DNA from: an uncultured Planctomycetales bacterium
GTDB lineage: Bacteria > Planctomycetota > Phycisphaerae > UBA1845 > PWPN01
DNA length: 64,000 nucleotides
NCBI GenBank assembly: GCA_964548565.1
Contig: CAZJTF010000001.1
Location: 212-64,211 of the forward strand
Direction: 5' to 3'
The notes beneath the pieces were generated by a model. That model did no database searches. It worked only from the letters and a program-made list of their open reading frames with translations, and had not been told where the DNA came from. The translations under genes were made by a program, and so were the position numbers. Positions 18,135 through 27,381 of this stretch are shown in pieces (position 1 is the stretch's first letter; each line of letters opens with the position of its first letter).

Positions 18135-19022
18135 ATGAAGCGCGTCCTGTGCATCCTGACGGCCCTTGCGCTGATCGCCAGCCCCGCTGTCGCCGCGGCC
18201 GCAGATCAGCCCGATACCGAGCTCTACGCGAAGTTCGTGGACACCCGCGCGCCGGCGCTCGTCACAATCAAGTGCGTGCTGAAGATGAAGTCGGCCCGCG
18301 GCGAGCAGGAAATGGAGAGCGAGAACACCGGCGTGATGATCGACCCCAGGGGCATCGTGCTCTGCTCGAACACGAAGTTGAGCGGACCGATCGGCACCCT
18401 CCGCCGGCTGGCGGGCTCGAGTGCGAGCGGCATCACGGTCACGCCAACCGACCTGAAAGTGCTGATTGGCGATGCCGTCGACGGCCTCGAGGCCCGCTTT
18501 ATCGCCCGCGACACCGAGCTCGACCTGGCGTGGATCCAGATCAAGGAGCCGGGAGATCGCACGTTTGCTTACGTGGATTTCACCAAGTCCGTGCAGCCGA
18601 AGCCCGGACAGATCGTCTACAGCGTCTTCCGCATGAGCAAGCATTACGACCGCCTGGCCGTGGTATCGCAGCAGCGGATCGGAGCCATCGCCCGCAAGCC
18701 CCGCGATCTCTACATCGGCGAGGACTTCTCCAGCAGCTTCGGCCTGCCGGCGTTCACGGCGGCGGGTGAAGTGGTCGGCGTCGCCGTGCTGCAGGTCCCC
18801 GAAGAGGAGGACGAGTCGAGCGGCCAGCTCGGGATGCTCAGCCGGCTGACGAACACCCACGAGATGAGCGGCGCGCTCCTGCCGGCCGCGGACGTGGTCC
18901 GCGCGACGCAGCGGGCGCGCGAGGCCCCGGAATCGCAGCCGTCCGAGAGCCAGGAGGACGAGAAGAAGCCGACCACCCAAGAGACCAGGAAGGAAAAGGC
19001 TGAGGACAAGGAATCGGAGTGA
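18135..19022 (+). CDS. secreted HtrA-like pseudoprotease (trypsin fold, His and Ser replaced) with an acidic/lysine-rich tail
   Basis: The ATG at 18135 lies 3 nt after the htrA stop, with AAGGAG upstream. Signal peptide MKRVLCILTALALIASPAVAAA. It aligns to htrA as follows: GVMIDPRGIVLCSNTKL vs GTIISPEGYVLTNQHVT (H->T), LDLAWIQI vs TDLAVLKL (D kept), SSFGLPAFTAAGEVVGV vs GNSGGPLVNLKGEIIGI (S->F). Confidence 0.6.
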   Translation: MKRVLCILTALALIASPAVAAAADQPDTELYAKFVDTRAPALVTIKCVLKMKSARGEQEMESENTGVMIDPRGIVLCSNTKLSGPIGTLRRLAGSSASGITVTPTDLKVLIGDAVDGLEARFIARDTELDLAWIQIKEPGDRTFAYVDFTKSVQPKPGQIVYSVFRMSKHYDRLAVVSQQRIGAIARKPRDLYIGEDFSSSFGLPAFTAAGEVVGVAVLQVPEEEDESSGQLGMLSRLTNTHEMSGALLPAADVVRATQRAREAPESQPSESQEDEKKPTTQETRKEKAEDKESE

Positions 19023-19026
19023 GCGC

Positions 19027-19515
19027 GTGGCCCGGGCTCGCAAGGCGCGACTGACGCATCTCGATGACCGCGGGACTGCCCGCATGGTTGATGTCGGAGG
19101 CAAGTCCCCGACGCGCAGAGAGGCAGTCGCCACCGCCCGCGTCTCGGTCGGGCCAGAGGTGATGCGCCTGCTGCAGGACCGCTCACTGCCGAAGGGCGAC
19201 GCGCTGGCGGTCGCGCGGATCGCCGGCATCACCGGGGCGAAGCAGACGTCCTCGCTCATCCCGCTCTGTCATCCGCTGCCGATCGAGTCCATCGATGTGG
19301 ATGTGCGGCTCGAGCCCCCCGGCGACGTGCTTATCACCGCCACCGTGCGGATCACCGGGCGTACCGGCGTGGAAATGGAAGCACTCACCGCGGTGTCCAC
19401 GGCCGCGCTGGCCGTCTACGATATGTGCAAGTCGGTCACCAAGGATATCGTGATCGGGCCGATCCGTCTCGAGAGCAAGACCGGCGGCAAATCGGGAGCG
19501 TACCGCCGCAAATAG
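19027..19515 (+). CDS. moaC: cyclic pyranopterin monophosphate synthase MoaC
   Basis: LTHLDDRGTARMVDVGGK, KGDALAVARIAGITGAKQTSSLIPLCHPLPI and GVEMEALTAVSTAALAVYDMCK are canonical MoaC motifs. Confidence 0.9.
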   Translation: MARARKARLTHLDDRGTARMVDVGGKSPTRREAVATARVSVGPEVMRLLQDRSLPKGDALAVARIAGITGAKQTSSLIPLCHPLPIESIDVDVRLEPPGDVLITATVRITGRTGVEMEALTAVSTAALAVYDMCKSVTKDIVIGPIRLESKTGGKSGAYRRK

Positions 19516-19562
19516 CGGCGGATACGGTGACTCGTAGTGGCGGCCCGTCGACCGGGGATGAC

Positions 19563-19922
19563 ATGCCGGAAATCTTTCCTGACGCCGATCTGACGACGCA
19601 GCAGTGTCAGCCCGTCAGTCTCGACCTCGACCTGCCCGGCCAGCACCTCCGCATCACCTGGGCGGACGGTGCTGACAGCGCACTGCCGCTCCCGTACCTG
19701 CGAAGGAACTGCCCCTGCGCGACCTGCCGCACCGAGCGGGAGAAGCAGACGACGACGCTGCTGCCCATTCTGTCGGCCGGACAGGCGAAGGCAACCGGCG
19801 CCGCCACGGGCGGCCACCTCGTCGGCAACTACGCGATTCAGATCGACTGGGCAGACGGCCACGCGACCGGCATTTACGACTTCCGGCTCCTTCGCACCAT
19901 GCACCAGCTGCTTCAGAAGTAA
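19563..19922 (+). CDS. DUF971 (gamma-butyrobetaine hydroxylase N-terminal-like) protein
   Basis: L.ITWADG....LP..YLRRNCPCATC and GNYAIQIDWADGHATGIYDFRLLR fit the DUF971 pattern. Confidence 0.65.
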   Translation: MPEIFPDADLTTQQCQPVSLDLDLPGQHLRITWADGADSALPLPYLRRNCPCATCRTEREKQTTTLLPILSAGQAKATGAATGGHLVGNYAIQIDWADGHATGIYDFRLLRTMHQLLQK

Positions 19923-19964
19923 AAAACACCTTCTGCGGCGACTCGTGCCGCCACCGGTCGTCAC

Positions 19965-20459
19965 CTACAGCTCGATCTTGCGGTTTTCGCCCGGTTCGTA
20001 GCGCTCCCCCGTCAGCGCCGCCTTCACGAAGCCCACCAGGTGCACCATCTTGCTCGACGGCGCGTCCCAGTACTCCGCGCGGTCCACTTCCACGCAGATG
20101 AGGCCAAGATTCGGATCGTCCAGACCCAGCGGGAACCACGCCTCGTACGCCGGGTGCCACAATTCGCGCACCTTTGCGGGCTCGGTCACTACGCTCGCCC
20201 GCCCGGAGATGGACACGTAGCGCTGATTGTCCGGATCCGCGTAGCTGAGGTTCACGCGTTGCTGTTCGCGAACCTCGTCGACCTTCATCGAGTCGAGCGC
20301 GGTGAAGAACCAGAGCTGGCCGTCGAATTCCGTCCGCTGCGTCGCCATCGGGCGACCCCGCAGCGACCCATCCGGCATGACCGTGATCATCATCGCCACG
20401 CGGATGTCCTTGATCAGTTCCGCGAGCCTCTGCACGTTCTCGGCATAATCCTGCAGCAT
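19965..20459 (-). CDS. pyridoxamine 5'-phosphate oxidase-family protein (general stress protein 26-like)
   Basis: Starts at MLQDYAENVQRLAELIKDIRVAMMITVMPDGSLRGRPM..DGQLWFFT......RVNLSYADP...YVSISGRA. The upstream part of the ORF is arginine-rich non-coding read-through. Confidence 0.7.
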   Translation of the reverse strand: MLQDYAENVQRLAELIKDIRVAMMITVMPDGSLRGRPMATQRTEFDGQLWFFTALDSMKVDEVREQQRVNLSYADPDNQRYVSISGRASVVTEPAKVRELWHPAYEAWFPLGLDDPNLGLICVEVDRAEYWDAPSSKMVHLVGFVKAALTGERYEPGENRKIEL

Positions 20460-20588
20460 GTCCGGGCCTCCGTTGTTCCTGGTTGCAGATGCAACCTGCC
20501 GGATTGTTGCCCCGCCGCCGCAGCATCGCCAGTCTCCAGCGCGGTGAAGATCTTTCATGTATGGCGGCTGTGCCGTAGAATCCACCGC

Positions 20589-20990
20589 ATGGCGGCCACG
20601 ACGCACTGGTGGACGGCGCTGACGGCGATTTGCCCGCATTGCGGAGCCGAGGGCAACCACCGCTACCTCTTGAGTCTCGGGAATGTGTTCAGGGCAACGG
20701 GGAACGTGCTGCTCTTCGTGATCGGGCTTCCTGTCTCGTTTCTGCTCGAAGACGGAACGCCCTTGCTCTCCATGCCGATCGCATTGCGGCGCCGGTGCTC
20801 ATCCTGCCGGATGTTGTTCCATACCGACCCTGAAGTCCTCGAGCGCCCGCCAATCCGACCCGTGTGCCGGAGCTGCAACTACGACCTGCGAGGAAACACG
20901 TCAGGCGTGTGCCCGGAGTGCGGCTGGAAACTCAGCGAAGAAGTGCAGGAGAGCGTCGCAGGGGCCGGAGCCGCGAGAACAACCGACTGA
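20589..20990 (+). CDS. hypothetical membrane-associated double zinc-ribbon protein
   Basis: Cysteine pairs CPHCG...CSSC and CRSCNYDLRGNTSGVCPECG, with one hydrophobic segment between them. The rest of the 316-aa ORF is antisense to the previous gene. Confidence 0.45.
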   Translation: MAATTHWWTALTAICPHCGAEGNHRYLLSLGNVFRATGNVLLFVIGLPVSFLLEDGTPLLSMPIALRRRCSSCRMLFHTDPEVLERPPIRPVCRSCNYDLRGNTSGVCPECGWKLSEEVQESVAGAGAARTTD

Positions 20991-21004
20991 ACGAGCGTGC
21001 CGAG

Positions 21005-22093
21005 TCACGACGGCCGTCCTGACGCCTCGATCGGCCAGACGTCGACCACACGCCCGTTCTCGTGGACGTGCATCTCCCGGTACAGGTTGCAGGTGGTGCA
21101 CGCGTGGCTGGGGATCAGCTCGATTAACTCTCCGGTCCGCCAGTCCGGAGCGCTGCGGATCACGCAGTGCTCCTCGGACTTGAACGCGGGAATCTGCGCG
21201 CTCGCACAGTCCTTCACCTGCGGCACGCCGAACTCGCTGGCCATGCCCTTGAGCCCGACATCCGCCACCGCGACGCCCGGTTTCGGCCGGCTGATCACGC
21301 GCGCTGCCACCGTGAGGGCCTGTTCGAACTCCGGCCGCAGTTGCCGATAGGTCCAGTCCATCGTCGGGTAGGTGCCGGCCTGGATCTCGTCGATCCCCTC
21401 GATCATGCTCGTGATGTCGTAGGTCGAGGTGGAGCCGCCGCTGATCACGCCGACGGGGATGCCCGCACCCTCGATCATTCGCCGCGTCCGGACGGCCGGC
21501 GCAAACGCATCCAGCACCTTCTGCCGGCGCTCCGCCCCATCGGCGACGCTCACCAGGTGCCCCTCGTAGGCCTGCAGTCCGTCGAATCTCACGCCCGCCA
21601 GCCCGGCGAGTTGTCGCGCGAGTGCCAGCACTGCGTCACCGGGCGGGAGACCGCAGCGACCCATGCCGATATCCACCTCGATGAGCAGCCCGACGGTGAC
21701 GCCCGCCCGCGCCGCCGCCGCCGAAATCGGCTCGGCCTGGGCAAGGTCGTCGATGGCCACCGTCATGCGTGTTTTCGCCGCCAGCGCCACCAGACGCTCA
21801 ATTTTGCGTTCGCCGACCACCTGGTTGGCGATCAGAATATCCTGCACACCGGCCGCCGCGAGCGCCTCCGCCTCGCTCACCTTCGCGCACGTCATGCCCA
21901 CGGCGTTGCCGGCCGCGAGCTGCATCCGGGCGATGTGTGTGCACTTGTTGTTCTTGAAATGCGGCCGAAGCTTCACCCGCCGTCCGTCGAAGGTCTTTGC
22001 CATGCGGTCGATGTTGCGCTGCAGGGCCGCACGGTCGACGAGGAGGACGGGCGTATCGAGATCCTGGATGGGGGCGCCGATGGGAAAGGCCAT
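21005..22093 (-). CDS. DSD1-family PLP enzyme (D-serine dehydratase / D-threonine aldolase-like, alanine racemase N-terminal fold)
   Basis: DTPVLLVDRAALQRNIDRMA...VKLRPHFKNNKCTHIA...GMTCAKVSEAE, with a C-terminal ...IPSHACTTCNL. Confidence 0.7.
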   Translation of the reverse strand: MAFPIGAPIQDLDTPVLLVDRAALQRNIDRMAKTFDGRRVKLRPHFKNNKCTHIARMQLAAGNAVGMTCAKVSEAEALAAAGVQDILIANQVVGERKIERLVALAAKTRMTVAIDDLAQAEPISAAAARAGVTVGLLIEVDIGMGRCGLPPGDAVLALARQLAGLAGVRFDGLQAYEGHLVSVADGAERRQKVLDAFAPAVRTRRMIEGAGIPVGVISGGSTSTYDITSMIEGIDEIQAGTYPTMDWTYRQLRPEFEQALTVAARVISRPKPGVAVADVGLKGMASEFGVPQVKDCASAQIPAFKSEEHCVIRSAPDWRTGELIELIPSHACTTCNLYREMHVHENGRVVDVWPIEASGRPS

Positions 22094-22103
22094 TCCGCTG
22101 CTC

Positions 22104-23585
22104 TCACTCCGGCCACGGCGACTTCTGCGTTGCGAGCGAGTACAGAATCGCCTTGCTGGCCGTGTATTCGTGGACCGTCTCGTCGAAGCCGAGCTCGGCG
22201 CCGACACCGCTCAGTTTGTACCCGAAAACCGGCACGTTCGCCCGCAGGTAACCGCCGCCGTTGATCGCGATCCGCCCGGCGCGGAGCCGGCGCGCGACGC
22301 GGCGCGCCCGCCCGCCGTCCCCCGTCCACACGTTCGCCATCAAACCGAACGCGCAGTCGTTGGCGATCCGCACCGCCTCCTCCTCATCGCGGAACGTCAT
22401 CACCGAGAGAACCGGCCCGAAGACTTCTTCGCGGGCAATCGTCATTGTGGGTGTCACGCGGTCGAAGATCGTCGGGCGGTAGTAGCAGCCCCGCGCCAGC
22501 GCGCCGCCGGGACGTTCCCCGCCGATCACCATGGCCGCACCCTCGCCACGGGCCTTGTCGACGTAGCGCTCGATGGTCTGCAGGTGCACCGGCGTGGCGA
22601 TGCACCCGAGATGGTTCGTCTCGTCGAGCGGGTCGCCCTGGCGCAGGCCTTTGGCCTTCGCGACAAGCCGTTCCAGTAATTCCTCGTGCTGGGTTTCGTG
22701 CACCAGCAGGCGCGAACCGGCGACGCACACCTGCCCGAGGTTGAAGAAGATCCCGGTGAGCGCTCCGTTTACCGCATGCTCGATCGGTGCGTCAGGGAAC
22801 ACGATGCTCGGACTCTTGCCGCCGAGTTCGAGCATCACGCCCTTCATGCCGATCTTGGCCGCGTCCATGATGTGCCGCGCCGTTTCGAGCCGCCCGGTGA
22901 AGCTGATCTTGTCCACGCCCGGGTGCTCGACCAGCGCCTTGCCCGCGGTAGCGCCGAGTCCGTTGATGACGTTGAGTACGCCCGGCGGCAGGCCGATCTC
23001 GTCGGCGATCTCGCCCAGCATCAGCGACGAGAGCGGAGCGAGCTCCGACGGTTTGAACACGACGCAGTTCCCGCACGCCAGGGCCGGCGCGAGCTTGATG
23101 GCGGCGTTCGTCAGCGGGAAGTTCCACGGTGCAATCGATGCAATCACGCCGAGCGGCTCGCGGATCTGCAGCGTCACGTTGTCCGGCAGCGCGCCGAAGC
23201 ACCTGCCGGAGATCTTGTCCGCCAGCCCCGCGTAACTCTCGAACAGGTCGGCCGCGCAGGGAACGTCGAAGCCCCGCGTGTCGCGGATCGGCTTGCCGAT
23301 GTTGAGCGTGTCCGTCTGCGCGAACTCTTCGAGTCGGAGCCGGATCGCCTCGGCCAGGCGGTACAGGTATCGCCCGCGCTCGAGCGCATCCATCCGCGGC
23401 CAGGGACCCTCGTCGAAAGCCCGACGCGCCGCGCCCACCGCCGCCTGCACGTCCGCTGCGCCGGCGAGCGCGACCTCTGCGAGCTTCTCACCGGTTGCCG
23501 GATTGTGCACCGGCAGCATCCCCCCATCGGCGGCCGGCGTCCACCGCCCGTCGATATACATCCGCGTCGGCCAGTTGAGTTTCAT
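22104..23585 (-). CDS. NAD(P)-dependent aldehyde dehydrogenase
   Basis: MYIDGRW, PWNFPL, VMLELGGKSP and NLGQVCVAGSR (catalytic Cys context). The ATG overlaps the upstream stop (ATGA). Confidence 0.85.
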   Translation of the reverse strand: MKLNWPTRMYIDGRWTPAADGGMLPVHNPATGEKLAEVALAGAADVQAAVGAARRAFDEGPWPRMDALERGRYLYRLAEAIRLRLEEFAQTDTLNIGKPIRDTRGFDVPCAADLFESYAGLADKISGRCFGALPDNVTLQIREPLGVIASIAPWNFPLTNAAIKLAPALACGNCVVFKPSELAPLSSLMLGEIADEIGLPPGVLNVINGLGATAGKALVEHPGVDKISFTGRLETARHIMDAAKIGMKGVMLELGGKSPSIVFPDAPIEHAVNGALTGIFFNLGQVCVAGSRLLVHETQHEELLERLVAKAKGLRQGDPLDETNHLGCIATPVHLQTIERYVDKARGEGAAMVIGGERPGGALARGCYYRPTIFDRVTPTMTIAREEVFGPVLSVMTFRDEEEAVRIANDCAFGLMANVWTGDGGRARRVARRLRAGRIAINGGGYLRANVPVFGYKLSGVGAELGFDETVHEYTASKAILYSLATQKSPWPE

Positions 23586-24691
23586 GCGCGCGGCTCCCAG
23601 ATCGGCACCATGGCGTTCCGCAGGTCGTGGATGAATTCGCGGACGTCGGCCGGCGTCGTGTCCCACGAGCACATGAGCCGTGCGCCGCCGCATCCGATGA
23701 ACGAGTAGAAATGCCAGCCCTGCTCGTGCATGCTCTCGCACACCGCGGGGGGCAGTTCGACGAAGACCGAATTCGCCTGGCGCGGAAAGAGGATCCGCAC
23801 GTTCGGCACCAGGCGAAGCTCCTTCTCCAGGAGTTCCGCGCACCGGTTGGCCTGCTCCGCGTAGCGGATGTACGCACCGCTCTGGAGCATCGCCGGCCAT
23901 GGCGCCGCGAGAAACCGCATCTTGCTGGCGAGCTGTCCTGCCTGCTTGCAGCGGTAGTCGAACTCCTGCGCCATCTCGCGGTCGAAGAACACGACCGCCT
24001 CGCCGACCGCCATGCCGTTCTTCGTACCGCCCAGGCAGAGGACGTCCACCCCCGCCTTCCAGGTGACCTCCGCCGGGCCGACGCCGAGCGATGCCAGCGC
24101 ATACGGCAGCCGTGCGCCGTCCATGTGCACGCGGAGCCCCAGCCGGCGCGCCAGGTCGCCGAGCGCCTTCAATTCATCCACGGTATAGACGGTGCCGAGT
24201 TCCGTGGCCTGGGTGACGCTCAGCGCGTGCGGCTTGGGATAATGGATGTCCGACCGTCGCTTGACCGTGTGCTCGATGGCGCCGAGGTCCATCTTGCCGT
24301 CAGCCCCGCCGACGAGCAGCACCTTGCTTCCGTTCGAAAAGAATTCCGGCGCCCCACACTCGTCCGTCTCGATGTGCGACGTCTCCTGGCAGATCACGCT
24401 GTGATATGGCTGGCAGAGCGTCGAGATGACGAGCGAGTTTGCCGCCGTTCCGTTGAAGACGAAGAAAACGTCGCACTCCGTGCCGAGAAACTCCCGGATG
24501 GCATCACAGGCTTTTCGCGTCCAATCGTCGTCCCCGTAGGAGGGCGCGTGCCCCACGTTGGCGGCCGCCATCGCCTCCCACGCCTCCGGGCAGATTCCGG
24601 CGTAATTGTCACTGGCAAACTGGCGACGTTCGGGTCCGCCCTTACGGCGCGGCCGGGCCAGTGGCTCGTCCTCCGCTTTCCTGGAACGCAT
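23582..24691 (-). CDS. ltaE: low-specificity L-threonine aldolase (beta-eliminating lyase fold)
   Basis: FASDNYAGICPEAWEAM....YGDD, VFFVFNGTAANSL, DGARL and LCLGGTKNG (PLP lysine context). Confidence 0.7.
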   Translation of the reverse strand: MRSRKAEDEPLARPRRKGGPERRQFASDNYAGICPEAWEAMAAANVGHAPSYGDDDWTRKACDAIREFLGTECDVFFVFNGTAANSLVISTLCQPYHSVICQETSHIETDECGAPEFFSNGSKVLLVGGADGKMDLGAIEHTVKRRSDIHYPKPHALSVTQATELGTVYTVDELKALGDLARRLGLRVHMDGARLPYALASLGVGPAEVTWKAGVDVLCLGGTKNGMAVGEAVVFFDREMAQEFDYRCKQAGQLASKMRFLAAPWPAMLQSGAYIRYAEQANRCAELLEKELRLVPNVRILFPRQANSVFVELPPAVCESMHEQGWHFYSFIGCGGARLMCSWDTTPADVREFIHDLRNAMVPIWEPRA

Positions 24692-24790
24692 CGAGTGCTC
24701 TCCTCAAACTCCCGCGGCCTGTATGCGCACTCTATTGGCCCGAACCGCCGCAGGCAAGGTATTATGGGCCCCGCACGCTGAGGCGCATGA

Positions 24791-25978
24791 ATGGAGCGAT
24801 TCGCTATACAAGCCGAAATCTGGCCCGGGGATGGCCAGCGAATGGAGGGGCACCTCGTCATCGAGGGCGGCAGGATCTCCGCCGTGGAGCCCGGCCCCTA
24901 CCACGGCTCCCTGCCCGTGACCCGCCTCGACGAGATGTCCGTTTCGCCCGGAATGATCGACTTGATGGTGTTGGGAGGCTTCAACCGGAGCATCCTGCGC
25001 GACGATCCGCTGGATATCGCGCGGGCCTGCGTGCGGCTCGGCGTCACCGGCTGCCAGTTCTGCATCGCCTCGCTGCCCATTGAATCCATGCACCGCGTGG
25101 CCGACAACGTGCGCGCGGCGATGGGCGCCGACGACCCCCTAGCGGCCCGTGTGCTCGGCCTGTACCTCGAAGGACCCTTCCAGCAACCGGATCTCACCGG
25201 CGCCAGCATGCGGCAGTTCGCGCTCGATCCCACAGAGGAGACAGTGCGCTCGCTGCTGGACGCCTGCGGACCCGCCGTCACCATGGTCAACGTCGCCCCC
25301 GGCCTGCCGGGTGATGCCCGGGCCGTCCGGCTGGTTCGTGCCGCCGGCAAGGTCGTCTCGATGGCGCACTCCAACGCGCCGGCCGAACGCGTCCTCGCGT
25401 GCATCGACGCCGGGGCCACGGTGCTCGGCCACGCCTGGGACAACAACTCGGGCCTGCTCGGCGACACCAATGTCCAGCAGCCGACGCTTGAGCACGTGGC
25501 GCTGACCGATGAGCGCGTGCGTTTCCTGCACCTCATCTGCGATGGCGCGCATGTGCATCCGATCCTGATCCGCATGATGCTGCGTTGCCGTGGCTTCGAG
25601 TCGCTGTGCCTCGTGACGGACGCAGTCATTCGTGCCGGCTGCCCGGACGGTCCCTACGTCAACGACGACGGGCGCACGTTTGTGAAGCGCGGCGGCGTCG
25701 GACGCACCGACCGGGGAACGCTCTGCGGCAGCGCGCTGCTCCTGCCGGACCACTTCCGGAACCTGGTGAAGTTCACCGCCCTCCCGCCGGAGCAGGCTGT
25801 TCGTGCGGTGACGTTCAATCCCGCGGCATCCCTGGGGCTCGATGGTACGCTGGGCCTGCTCGCGCCCGGGCGTACGGCCGACGTGGTGGCATGGGATCGG
25901 GGCCTGCGCGTGCGGCGCGTGTGGAAAGCGGGGCGCGAGCTTCCTGACGTCAGCGACTATGCGGAGGTAATCCTGTGA
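24791..25978 (+). CDS. N-acetylglucosamine-6-phosphate deacetylase-like amidohydrolase
   Basis: PGMIDLMVLGGF (no HxH, as in E. coli NagA), YLEGPF, VVSMAHSNA, ICDGAHVHP, CLVTDAV and GTLCGSALL. Confidence 0.6.
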   Translation: MERFAIQAEIWPGDGQRMEGHLVIEGGRISAVEPGPYHGSLPVTRLDEMSVSPGMIDLMVLGGFNRSILRDDPLDIARACVRLGVTGCQFCIASLPIESMHRVADNVRAAMGADDPLAARVLGLYLEGPFQQPDLTGASMRQFALDPTEETVRSLLDACGPAVTMVNVAPGLPGDARAVRLVRAAGKVVSMAHSNAPAERVLACIDAGATVLGHAWDNNSGLLGDTNVQQPTLEHVALTDERVRFLHLICDGAHVHPILIRMMLRCRGFESLCLVTDAVIRAGCPDGPYVNDDGRTFVKRGGVGRTDRGTLCGSALLLPDHFRNLVKFTALPPEQAVRAVTFNPAASLGLDGTLGLLAPGRTADVVAWDRGLRVRRVWKAGRELPDVSDYAEVIL

Positions 25979-26784
25979 GTGCATCCGAGCGTTTTGGCCT
26001 CAGCGGGCGCGTTGCTCTCGTGACGGGCGGCAGCCGCGGCATCGGTCGCGGAATCGCCATCGGCCTGGCCGAGCACGGCGCCGACGTGGCGATCGTTTAC
26101 CGGTCGGCGGCCGCGGAGGCGAAAACCGCCGCCGAGGCAATCCGCGCGGTGGGCCGGCGCTGCTGGATGTACCAGCAGGATCTGGCGGATCTCGAGGCGC
26201 TGCCCGCGCTCGCCGACCGTGCGTGGAAGGACTGCGGCCGCATCGACATCCTCGTCAACAATGCAGGGATGGCATACCTCGAGCACTACGACGAGGTTAC
26301 CCCCGAGCACTGGCGGCGCGTCCTCGCGGTCAACCTCGACGCGGTGTTCTTCCTGACGCAGCACATCGCGCGTCGCATGGTGACGGAGCGGGTAAAGGGC
26401 CGGATCATCAACCTCTCGAGCAAAAACGGTTTTGTCGCCGAGGCCGGCCTCGCCCACTACAACGCCTCGAAAGGCGCGCTCGAGCTGCTGACGCAGTCGC
26501 TGGCGATCGAACTCGGCCGGTACGGCATCACGGTCAACACCATCGCGCCGGGGGTCATCGAGACGGAGATTGCTGGCGAGTTCCACCTCGATCCCGAGTT
26601 CTTCCCCTATTACAGGGAGCACATCCCGCTCGAGCACCGCTTCGGCAATGTAGAAGACTGCGTCGGCGCCGCCGTCTTCCTCGCATCGCGCGCCGGCGCG
26701 TACATGACCGGCCAGCACCTCATCATCGACGGCGGCGTACTCTGCGAGCAGGTCCCGCGGTTGCAGTTCATGCCCCATACATGA
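25975..26784 (+). CDS. SDR-family oxidoreductase
   Basis: VALVTGGSRGIGRGIA, NNAG and YNASKGAL. The GTG overlaps the upstream stop. Confidence 0.85.
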   Translation: MSASERFGLSGRVALVTGGSRGIGRGIAIGLAEHGADVAIVYRSAAAEAKTAAEAIRAVGRRCWMYQQDLADLEALPALADRAWKDCGRIDILVNNAGMAYLEHYDEVTPEHWRRVLAVNLDAVFFLTQHIARRMVTERVKGRIINLSSKNGFVAEAGLAHYNASKGALELLTQSLAIELGRYGITVNTIAPGVIETEIAGEFHLDPEFFPYYREHIPLEHRFGNVEDCVGAAVFLASRAGAYMTGQHLIIDGGVLCEQVPRLQFMPHT

Positions 26785-26817
26785 TCGGCGGTGTGGCCTC
26801 CAGGCGTATCGTGGTGA

Positions 26818-26913
26818 ATCATCCGCCATCTTATTGGCGTTGCATTGCTCGTGCACGGACTGACAAAGGAAACGGAGGTCGCATCGGCCGACATCGAACG
26901 TGCGATTCACGTT
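26818..26913 (+). pseudogene. 5'-truncated remnant of a Gp49/HigB-like RelE-superfamily toxin
   Basis: After an in-frame TGA at 26815 the frame reads IIRHLIGVALLVHGLTKETEVASADIERAIHV. This is the ..(I/V)VLLHGF.KKTQKTP..EIE.A C-terminal signature of Gp49-like toxins. It has no start codon and no stop of its own. Confidence 0.5.
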
Positions 26914-27250
26914 ATGGACCCGAAAAAGCACCGCTACGAGGAAGTGACCGGCCCGGAATCGATCCGCTGACGCTGTCGCGATCCTCGAGAAGCGCGATCG
27001 GCGCGATCCGAAAAGCGGCGGTTGTTCGCCGGGGCGCGGCTGTGCGGCGACATTGCCCAGATGATCTATGAGGCCCGCACGGCTGCGGGGCTGACACAGG
27101 GCAACTCGCGCGACTTGTCGGCACCAGGCAGTCAGCGATTTCGCGCCTTGAAGACGCTGATTACGAGGGCTACTCCCTCGCTACGATCCAGCGGATCGCC
27201 AGGTCGCTGAGGTTTCGCGTGAAGATTGCCCTCGTGCCCGACAGCGGCCA
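26914..27250 (+). pseudogene. XRE-family HTH antitoxin (HigA-like) with an internal stop and a frameshift
   Basis: MDPKKHRYEEVTGPESIR*(TGA 26968)...IAQMIYEARTAAGLTQ continues in the -1 frame as QLARLVGTRQSAISRLEDADYEGYSLATIQRIARSLRFRVKIALVP. The frameshift is near 27090. Confidence 0.55.
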
Positions 27251-27381
27251 GGATGCCGCTTGGCCGCCTCATCGGACAGCCCACCCGCCCGGGGTGAGTT
27301 CCCTTGGACTCTTGAGGGCAACCCCTCTCGCCGGATACAATCAGGCCAGCGGATCTCCCTTCGTCCTCCGGAGCAGGCACC

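Noticed and set aside
22104-23900. Long 598-aa version of the aldehyde dehydrogenase ORF
   Set aside because: The first 105 codons overlap the threonine aldolase gene and are Arg/Gly/Pro-rich. The ATG at 23585 (MKLNWPTRMYIDGRW) gives a canonical ~493-aa ALDH coupled by an ATGA overlap.
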